DNA of 64,000 nt from Eledone cirrhosa. Taxonomy: Eukaryota. Below, piece by piece: positions 54,330 through 64,000 of the stretch. The position numbers and the translations under genes are program-made. The stretch's first letter is position 1. Each line of letters starts with the position of its first letter. The notes under the pieces were generated by a model. The model had not been told where the DNA came from and ran no database searches. It worked only from the letters and a program-made list of their open reading frames with translations. The DNA lies in assembly GCA_964016885.1 (NCBI GenBank), contig OZ024742.1, positions 234,918,001 to 234,982,000 of the forward strand, read 5' to 3'.

Positions 54330-56580
54330 CCTCACCTTCTCTTTGTCGCATCAGGTGCAGACATCATGCCTGCCATTAAGTCCTTCCCTGCCAGCAGCAG
54401 CAGAGGTACTGATGTTCTCCGACTCGGCCACCTCAAAGTGTTGCTATCCCCATTATCGGCCGAGGCCGGGTGCCGCCTTCTGAGTTCAATTGTGGAACTC
54501 ATCAACAGGTTCATCCATGGCGCCCTGGACACTTATACCCGTGTCCTCATCCTTTCGGCTAGCCTGACCGCTCACAGGAAGAAAAAGGGTGGCATACGCC
54601 CCATCGCTGTGGGCAATGTCTTCCGGAAGCTAGCGGTCAAGGTGGTCTGCAGGTCCATCACACCTGAAATGGGCGAGCAGCTCAGCCTGGGGCAACTAGG
54701 GGTCGGCATACCCAGTGGGTGCGAAGGGGTGCACATGCAGCTAGGCAGTTCTTCAACAGCTACCAACCGGAACCGGCGTCGAGGGACGCCGGGCACATCA
54801 TTGTCAAGCTTGACATGAGGAATGCCTTCAATCGCATACGCAAGTGACCACCTGCTCGAGGCCTGCCTCAGTCGCCCCCCCCCCCCCCCTGCCTACCCGG
54901 CGTATGGCGCCCCGAACATGCTCCTTGTTGCTGACACAGTCATACCTTCAGTCACTGAGGTCCAACAGAGAGACCCTTTGGGTCCCCCTCCTCTTTGCTC
55001 TCGGTATAGACCACATTGCTCAAAACATCAAGGCCCCTCTCAACGTTTGGTACATGGATGATGTCACGTTGGGCGGGCCCATGGAGACTGTCTGCCACGA
55101 CCTGCGATCAGTGGTTCCAGCTCTGACGAGAATCAGCCTCGAGCTCAACTTGTCCAAGTCGGGCGTGGAGAATGTCAACCACGATGTATACGGCTTTGCA
55201 GTCTTCGCCCCGGATGTGCGATCCATTTTTCGCCAGGTGCAGGTGACCCTAAAAGAGGATGTACTCATCCTCGGGTCACCGATCCTCCCGCCGGCCATCT
55301 GCTCCACCATCGGGTCCGGGCTCTAGCAGCTCACGAGCAGACTGGGCATGATTGAAGCCCATCCAGCTCTCTTTCTGTTGAGGAACTGCTTCGCTATGCC
55401 GAAGCTCCTCTAACACGTCGTAACGCTCCTTGCTACAGCCACGCATCTCTCCTCGCTGACCTCGACACTTGTATCCGAGCGGCAACTGAGGAGATATGCA
55501 ACGTCAGGTTTGACGACTTTGGATGGCAACAGGCCATCTTACCTGTTAGAAACGGTGGCCTTGGTCTCCGGTCTCGCTGACGTTGCCGGCGTTTCTTTCG
55601 TCGGTAAACTCTTGCCTCGTCCTCCTCAACAGGGTTCTCCAAAACACAATGGAATCCATTGTGATCGAATGTGAGGCCACGTGCGAGACTTTTAACCGGC
55701 TTTGACTCTGCCCAGTAGACGTCCCTTCTCCTCTTCCCTCTGTTGACGTCAAATCCTCCCAGAGCATATGGGATGCCATCCAGTGCAACATGGCTTCGGA
55801 CAGGCTTGCGCGCCAGCTCAACCAGCACTGCCTTACGTGCTTTTGCTCGGCCTCGCAACCCCGCAGTGGTGCTTGACTCAATGCCTTACTCTCCCTTTCA
55901 ACTGACACACAGCTGGATAATGATAGCCTGCGAATCGGGGTTTCCCCGAGTCACACAAATGTCGTTGTGGATCCACTGTAGACTCTTTCAGCCTCCACCC
56001 ACTGTCCTGTCGCCTTCCACGCCATGCTGCTCTCAACGAGGTTATAAAGCATGGCTTGGATGCTGCAGGCTTCCCCTCCCAGCTTGAGCCGGTGGGCTGG
56101 ACCGAGGGGACAGCAAAAGGCCATACGGGATTACCCATCTTGCTGTTCCGCGGTGGTAAACCCCTCAACTGGGATGCCACATGCAGCGGCACCCTGGTGA
56201 AGTCTGTGACTTACCCAGGCTCTGCTACACTTCGGGCCGAGGATGGTAAACTCTCCAAATATCGGTCGCTCTCCGACAAATTTGCGGTCGAGCAGTGGAG
56301 ACTTCTGGCGTTCTTGGCCCTAGGGTCACCTCACCGACATCGGCACAGAGTTGGCTACCCACATGTGTGACTCTCGCGAGCTGGAATGGCACGTCCAGCG
56401 CGTTTCCCTCACCATCCTCTTTGTTATGTCCGCTGGGCGGCAAGCGCATGGGCCCCCATTTGCTCATAATAGTGAGAGATGGGGAGAGCGAGAGAGACGG
56501 AGGCAGTGACAGTACGAGTTTGGTTCTTTTGTGTTCGGACCTGGTGTATATGTTTCACGGACACACATTTACTGGTTAAA
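54330..56580 (+). mobile_element. CRE-clade non-LTR retrotransposon, decayed 5'-truncated copy
   Basis: GGIRPIAVGNVFRKL, QLGVGIPSGCEG, VWYMDD and WDATC; colinear with the reverse complement of 12905-14810. Confidence 0.85.
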
Positions 56581-58877
56581 AAAATATAGCTGAACAAATT
56601 CAGTTGAACTAATTTTGCTGCTGTTTCTTTATTCACATTTTACAGAAATCTTTCTTTCTGCACCACCTGGTCAACCAATGACCCGTTAACAAGCGCTGCG
56701 TGATTATCCCGGAGGTTCCGAAAGATAATATAAAGGTGCTTTTCCTTCGGGTATTTTATTTTTATTTTTACAATGCACCGTCTAGCTGGCTAGATTCAAA
56801 TAAGATTGCCATACCTGCTTGTGCAGTCAGGGCACAAAATATCACAAAACATTTCTCCCAACGCTCTAACAATTTCGCTAATCCACTGTCTTGAGCTGAA
56901 AGGAGTAATGGCCCTTCCAGTGCGTCTACCTCGATATTCTCCAAGGTGGTGCTTTTTTCTTATTCTTTTCGCTGGAACTATGGGGCGGCATATGCCTGGG
57001 GTTCTGCACGTTGGAGAAGCAAAACAGATGAACAAGGATGGGGGTCGGCCGTGACAACTTTCCATGAACTGGTTCGTGCTGTTACTGTTGATCACTACAT
57101 ACATTTAGTAAAATATTGCATGTCTTAAAAATAGGGAAGAGAGGAAACAACACAGAAAAGGAGAAATAAGTGAGAGAAGGAAAAGGTTTGAAAAAAAAAA
57201 AAATTTTCTTTCAAAATAAATTTTCTTCAACATAACCGTAATCCACACCTTCTAAAACATCTCTTTGCAAACTTTCATTGAGAAAATATCGGGAAAGTCA
57301 TGAGGCAACAAATTGTGGTGTGTGTGTGGGGGGGGGGATACTAAACACTAGTTCTGTCTAAATCGTAGTAAATGTCATTTGGTTCATTTGCCCCTCAATC
57401 CAACTCTAATTATAGTCTACTTACGGAGAAAGCTGCGTAAATCTATTTATTCAACTCTCTAAACTAACATTTGATGACTCCACAAGACACGGATATTTCT
57501 TTCTCACATGTTGTATTTTGTTTTTTAACATATATACAATCACAACAACTTTACGTCTCGATCAACTGTTTATATATTTAAGTTTTAATCGTTTGATTTT
57601 CCCATTAACACCAAACTTTGAACACTATCCCTTTCTATGCTGTTTTCTCCTCTTTCCTAATCTGTATACGGTTGTTTTGTTTTTATAATTGTCCATTACC
57701 ATTACGGAGAAAAGGAACTACTATAAAATTAGTAATCTTGAATTTGTTCGACTATTCTTTATTTTTTCACTACCCTTACTGTCAGCACTGAGTACTTTGT
57801 AACTTGAGAGTGCTTGGATGAGAAAACGAAAAATAAAATATAATTCTATAAAACTTTAAAGCAGGCAGTAATCAAGCTTAAAGAAGAGGCTTTTAGAAAA
57901 TCGGACTGTGAAACGTGAAGGTAGAACAAAATAAAATGGACACAAGAAACATAACTAAATGAAGGAAAAGCAAAACGAGAACCGTATGTTGGTGTAATAA
58001 ACTAAGCTCAAATGTGATAGGAAGGTGAGCGTGGGAGACAAAAATGGGAAGAAAAAACAAATAGAATAATTGAACGAGTGAAAGACAGTGGAAGTCATGA
58101 AGTGAAAATGAAGAGATGAGTTGCTGTGTGCGTAAGAGAAAAAGAGCGGGTAGTGAAAAAAGACGAGGGCGGAGGAATACGACAATGAAAGTAATTGAAA
58201 GCGAGTAGTTGCAGTAATATTAAAATACTAAGCTACAACACTGTGTGTGAAAAAGAAAGGCTAAACAATTAAAATGGAGTGATAAAGGGAAAGTGTTTGT
58301 GTGTGTACACGCCAACTGAAAAAAGAGGTAAAAGAAAGGAAAGGTTTCCTCCTACCCCTCCCCCGCCTCCATATACAATATATATATACCAAAAATAATA
58401 AAAATGACGAAGTGTTGGGTATTTATTACGGTTATTGAGTTGTGAGGCGCGTTATATATATATGCAGAAACCACTAGTATTATATGAATATTTTTTAGGT
58501 AGATACAAGACATCCAGCGATGACCAACAACAGGTGCCGTACATGACACAGTATTAAACATTTCATAAACCAACATAAAGCCACGTTAAACAACCTACCA
58601 CACGCACTAATAAATACACCATCCACACACATATATATATACTCACACACGCACAATACATCATTTATTAATTTATATATGTAACACATATTAACAAAAT
58701 TAATTTTATGTACTGATTTATGATCTGTACAACGTATAGATATATACACTCAAACATACGTACTCCTGTATCGCAAATACAACTAATTGTTAGTAACTCC
58801 ATTCTAATTATTATATACACACGCACCGGTATTGCGGATTCGACTGCCCACATTAACGTACACATTGGACAGGAAAT

Positions 58878-59073
58878 ATGGAAAATTACAGCCGAAAGGA
58901 TACGTCAGACACAAACACACCATCACCAAAAAACTCAAAACAAGCTATAATTATGAAGTTTTTAAAAGAAAATAGCTTGCTCCTACTAACTTTCATAAGT
59001 GTGATTGTTGGTTTTGGTTTTGGTTTTGCAATCCGGACAGCTCAGCCTTCAAATGATGCAATCATGTGGATTG
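58878..59073 (+). CDS. First coding exon of an SLC1-family excitatory amino acid (glutamate) transporter, TM1 region
   Basis: MENY...MKFLKENSLLLLTFISVIVGFGFGFAIRTAQPSNDAIMWIG matches the EAAT N-terminal pattern (..N.LL.LT...V..G...G...R.........I.FPGE). Similarity stops at a G|GCAAGT donor. Alternative start ATG at 58953. Confidence 0.75.
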
Positions 59074-59529
59074 GCAAGTTGTAATTCTTATATTCTTAGT
59101 CTTCGTGTGTAAGATGCTTTTGTTGTTTAACCCCTAATCTGTTTTAATTGAATAAACCTATGAACAAATGCATTTCAGTTGTAACCAACCTGTATTTTTC
59201 CTCCTAGGCATCATCCGGACAACATTATCCAATGTGTCCTTTTTTTTTTTCATCGTAGTAAATCACAGGTACTTAATTGTTTTTAACCAGGGGTTGTTGA
59301 TATGAAAAGCTAAGTTGAGGCCGAAAATATTTGAAATTAACACGTCCCTTTAGTTATTATGTATAGCAGGTCGATCGATTACGTATCGGCTCTTTCGTTG
59401 GCTCGTGCCTCCGTATGTAGAATCTATATGGTTGTCTCTCCATCCTAGAATCTGTCCTTTTACATTATATTAATTTTTACATTTTATAAAGTTTACATTT
59501 CTCTGTATTCCAGTATCTGTTCTTTTACA

Positions 59530-61655
59530 TTTTATAATTTTTTACCAATAGATAGAGTCGGTTTCTAACATAGACTATCACAGGGCTATTTCATTTGAAT
59601 TTAAACATCAACTTGGTAGATATGTCTGCATGCGTGCGTGTGTGTGTGCAGGTATGGATGTTATTGTATGTGTGGATATGTATGTTTTGAATTATATGTG
59701 TGCATGTGCTTGTTTTGTATCTGTACACGCAGAATCTTTGGAATATTTTATATATTTTACTGTTCCGTTAATGGATTGTACTTACCCTCTTCACATGTAA
59801 AAAAAAAAAAAAAAAAAATAACTTGTAATTTCCTAACTAGTCGTGTTCTTGCTGGTTCTGTGAAGCTCAACTTATCAAGATTTGTACTGAGGCCCTTACT
59901 AACATATCCCAGTGCCCCAATAATCACACGTATAACCCTAAAGGTATAGTCAGGGTGGAGTATCTGCAGACTCCTCATTAGTTCTGCATAGCTGTTCTCC
60001 TTTTCGCTAATCTTGAATATTATATTGGCATCTGCTGGGCAGCTAACTTCCACTACTGTGCATGCCTGCTTTTCGCTGTCCCATATCATTATATCTGGTC
60101 TGTTATGTTTACATTTTATTGGGGTTTTGGCTGGAACATTCCACCAGTATCTACATAGGTAGATAGTACCGTGATGACATCTTTTGACAGCTGTTTATGA
60201 CGTGGGTGATATCTTCTATGTTAATTCTGTAGAGTCTGAATTTGTTGTCACATCTAGGTGCTTTGCCTGTATCCCTATCTCTTTTGTGCATCATGTGTTT
60301 TGTATTGATTTCCTGTTCTTGGATTGCAAAAGCATATCCTTCAAAGTGAGAGCCAATATAGCGGTTTTTGGTCCAAGATATACTACTTTGCTTATCTATA
60401 TTACTCTCACTCTGGAGCTTCCTGGCAACATATTCATGCATGATTTTTTGTTGATAAGCATGCAGTTTTTCATCCATGGATTCACTGCGGTATTTCTGGG
60501 CAATTTCCCTGGGTGTGAGTTTTTGATTATCATGCAGGGAATATCTTTCAAGGAGTTCTTTCCCAACTCTCATGATCTTATCTGTCTCATGCAGACAGAC
60601 TTGCTCAATAGATATGAGCTCCAACGCTTGGGGGTTCGTAGCTGTTGTCGGGGGGGGGGGGGGGGTGTATGATGCGACACATAAATGCTGTCTGGACTGA
60701 TGTCAGGCCTCTGCCTCCTTGGTAACGTTTCAAGCAGAGGCGGTCTATGTCACTGTTGGTGTGTTTAGGACTTTTCAGGTTTTAACATCAATTGCTCGGA
60801 TTTCGTCTATCTCCAATCGAATATTCCAAAAGTTGGTGTTAGGACTAGCACAGCAAACACACTGTTTTATTGTGTGCAGAGATTTCAGATGACCATATCT
60901 TTCTTAATAGGGTGTAATATTCCCTGGATACCCGTTCCTTGTTATAGATACCTTCATAGGATATATTTTCATCTATCCCTAGGTATCTGTAGCAGTCCCC
61001 GTCAGATATTGGTGAAACAGTTAGGCCATTAATAAAAATGTTGCCAGATTGGCTTGTAATTTTTCCCTGCTTTATATTCATATATGAACATTTATCCTGG
61101 TCAAACTCCATTCCTATATCCTTTGAGAACGTTGTAACCAGGTCAAGATTTGTCTTCATCCCAGTTATGTTCTTGGCATAGAGTTTCAGGTCATTCACAA
61201 TGATGTATCCTTCACATTTCTTGAGCAGAATGGACAAGGGGTTTAATGACAGGATAAATAGTAGCACAGAGAGACTGTCTCCTTGAAATATACCCTTGTG
61301 ATATTTTATTTTATCAGTGAAAATAGAATCCTCGTTCTCTGTTTTTAACTTTAGGATAGTAGCCCAAAAAGAAGATAGGTTCTCTATAGCTCTGATAATA
61401 GTGTCTGGGACTTTAGCAAGTTGGAGGGCCTCTATCATCCAAGAGTGGGGAACAGAATTAAATGCTTTCCTGTAGTCCAGCCAGGCTAACCATATTCCTC
61501 CTAAGTTGTCGCACTTTTGACATCGCGTTTTGTTAATTCGGAGTTGTTCAGCACACCCCAAACACCTTTCTTCCCAGCTGCTTGCTCATTTATGCTCATG
61601 TTATTACTGTCACAGTGATCCTGGAGAAATAGGTTCAGGCAGGCTGTTATTTTAT
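59530..61655 (-). mobile_element. Dong/R4-clade LINE, decayed, in the presumed SLC1 intron
   Basis: WLDYRKAFNSVPHSW, GIFQGDSLS, YRYLGI, AIQEQEIN, VVEVSCP and VIIGALG; highly similar to 34154-35490. Confidence 0.85.
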
Positions 61656-61659
61656 ACCC

Positions 61660-62781
61660 ACTTTTGGCATTAGTGTAGAGCCCCAAAAATCAATGTGTGA
61701 CAAATTGGAAATCTCTTTTAAACCTAAAAGTTCTTGGACATTGACCTCTTGACTATACAAAAATATTAATGTGGTTGGCAAACAAGGCATCATAATTCTG
61801 CAGTACGTTACACATTCAGGGGGTTTCAAGGTGAATATTGATAGGTGGTCATGTCAATCAAGGTAGTTTTCCCAAAATGCACTTTCCTTCTAAAGCTCAA
61901 GAAAATGAAATGCACTAGAAATGAGTAAAAAATAACAGGATACAATCAAAAAGAAATGGCACCAAAAGCTATTCACAAGCATCATGCCTCATTAAACTTT
62001 GTACTTCATCACAAGAAAAAAGATAGGATTGACCTGTGCTTCCAGGGAAAGGCGGAGCAACTGTCTTCATGATGTCGTTATTACTTGGCCAGAAAAATTG
62101 GCTTGCAGGACCTTCGAAATGAAGGAATTTCACATTAACATCAGAGTGTTCCAGTGAAACATAATGTGCCAATCTGGTGCAAGCATATGCTTTATATTTC
62201 ACTGAATTCAACTTAGGATCAAAATAGTACAGTACAAGTGGATGTATTTTGGCCTGAGAATTGTTCCAATGAAACCCTTGAGCAGCATCTTGGACCACAA
62301 ATGCATAGTTCTCAGAGAAATCTAATACTAAAATGGCTTCTCCTTCATTCAAAGACATTTTCTTCTGTTTGAAATACTCAATCTTTTTCTTGGCTATGTA
62401 ATGATGCTCTGTTAACCAAAGAAACATTTTGACCAGAATGTCTATGAAGTCTTCAAATTCTTCTTCCTTATCCACTAGCTGACTTCTATCTGTGCTGACC
62501 CAGTGTTTATATTCTATGATAGAATTGGTGGTGTGATGCAAGTGTACATGCTCATTTAGAAATTCATTCAGAACTGATGAGCCTGGGCAATCATCACAAT
62601 AGTAAAATATACACTTTTCATTTTCAACATCACATACAGTCAGCTTCATGACTTCCTTATAATCAAGGGTATGATAAATGGCTGATAACATTAATTTAAT
62701 GTTTTGATGGTATGTGGATACACATACATTGTGAGAGCCAGAAGAACCCACTGGATGGTTAGTTTGGATATGTAAATGCAT
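61660..62781 (-). mobile_element. DDE DNA transposase fragment (Sola2-like), internally deleted
   Basis: 270-aa ORF with HNVCV..YHQN, a Cys cluster, HHYIAK and DFSENY....QDAAQGFHWNNSQ..IHP. The superfamily assignment is from memory of these motifs. Confidence 0.6.
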
Positions 62782-62796
62782 TCATGAGTGAATAAT

Positions 62797-63290
62797 AATA
62801 ATTGTTTCTACTTTAGGCACAAGGCCAGCAATTACCCAGTGCATTACTGGTACTTTATTTTATCGACCCCGTAAGGATGAAAGGCAAAGTCAACCTCGGC
62901 GGGATTTGAACTCAGATCATAACAATACTATTAATAACAGTTCCAGAGTGTAGCAGAAGGAAGACAAATACACAATCTTGATAAGGGGCAATAGCCCCGA
63001 AACAATTGTAGATGTTTTTTTCTCTGCTACTGATGGAACAAAATGATGACGTAGTCGTCTTGAACACATGGTGTAATGAGGCTGTTTGCTTGCAAGTGAA
63101 CTGAATATTAATAATTGTTTCTACTTTTGGCACAAGGCCAGCAATTACCCAGTGTGTTACTGGTAATTTTATCGACCCCGTAAGGATGAAAGGCAAAGTT
63201 AACCTCAACGGGATTTGAACTCAGAATGGAAAGGGCCGTAATTCTTTCTGTCAAAGCATGGCGTCCGACCCTCTACCGATACTGCCAATT
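62797..63290 (-). mobile_element. Two family B SINE copies (62797-62918 and 63110-63290)
   Basis: Reverse-complement matches to the consensus. Confidence 0.85.
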
Positions 63291-63389
63291 CAATTAATGA
63301 TATTATTATGATATTATTATTATTCACTCACAAATACATATACATATGTGTGTACACACACACACATGCACATATATATATGTATATAT

Positions 63390-63672
63390 TGTGAGTTCAA
63401 TTCTCAGACTGGGTGATGTGTTGTTTCCTTGAGCAAGACACTTTATTTCACATTGCTCCAGTTTACTCAGCTGTAGAAATGAGATGATAGGTACTGGGGT
63501 CCATATCATTCCACTGCAAAGAGGTCGTGGAGATGCCACGGCAAAAAAGCACCCAGCACTCACTGTAAATGAGGTTGGTGTTAGGAAGGGCATCCAGCTG
63601 TAGAAATCAAGCCAGAATCAGTTCCCGTCCCACCCTTGCAAGCAGGGAAAAAGCGGACGTAAAATGAAATGA
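63390..63672 (+). mobile_element. SINE family A
   Basis: Near-identical to 17-300. Confidence 0.88.
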
Positions 63673-63679
63673 TATATAC

Positions 63680-64000
63680 CTAACTAAAAGTAAGCTGCTC
63701 TACCTGGCATTCGTCGATCTGGAAAAAGCCTTCCCCCGTGCTATAATCTGGTGGGCTCTTAGAAAATTAGGAGTAGATGAATGGCTTGTGAAAGCTATAC
63801 AAGCCATGTATAGAGGAGCAGTCAGCAAAGTTAGAGTTAGCAATGCCTATAGAGAGGAATTTAGTATACAGGTCAGTGTCCACCAGGGCTCTGTTCTTAG
63901 CCCTCTCCTGTTCATTATAGTTTTGCAGGCAATAACGGAGGAGTTTAAGACCGGATGCCCATGGGAACTCCTATATGCGGATGATCTCGCAATTATAGTT
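63680..64000 (+). mobile_element. RTE LINE RT fragment, same family as 26070-29730, running off the window
   Basis: YLAFVDLEKAF..IIWWALRKLGVDEWLV..HQGSVLSPLLF..TGCPWELLYADD. Confidence 0.9.

Overview
AT-rich, microsatellite-dense metazoan DNA made up almost entirely of transposable elements. The SINE families and the (TA)n/(CA)n/(GA)n density suggest a cephalopod such as Octopus; this is an inference, not a database result. The only host-gene sequence I recognise is the first coding exon of an SLC1/EAAT-type glutamate transporter (58878-59073, +), which appears to end in a GC donor; no further exon is recognisable in the window. Mobile elements: two tRNA-derived SINE families (about 25 copies), RTE, CRE, Dong/R4, Tx1/L1 and CR1-like LINEs, non-autonomous Helitrons, Chapaev3, hAT, mariner and Sola-like DNA transposons, solo LTRs, a non-coding tRNA-Trp-primed LTR element, and a 613/592-bp dimeric satellite. 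The most notable signal is five type I hammerhead ribozyme motifs, all in small non-coding elements embedded in (TA)n tracts. Two of them form a retrozyme-like unit (170-bp direct repeats, 485 nt between cleavage sites), and two others share stems I and III but have different stem II sequences that still pair. Other oddities: an LTR element with a 61-bp flanking duplication and an apparently unprocessed end, a PHD finger inside an RTE reverse transcriptase, and a SINE whose 3' tail matches that RTE. All coordinates were read by eye, and boundaries of decayed elements are approximate.
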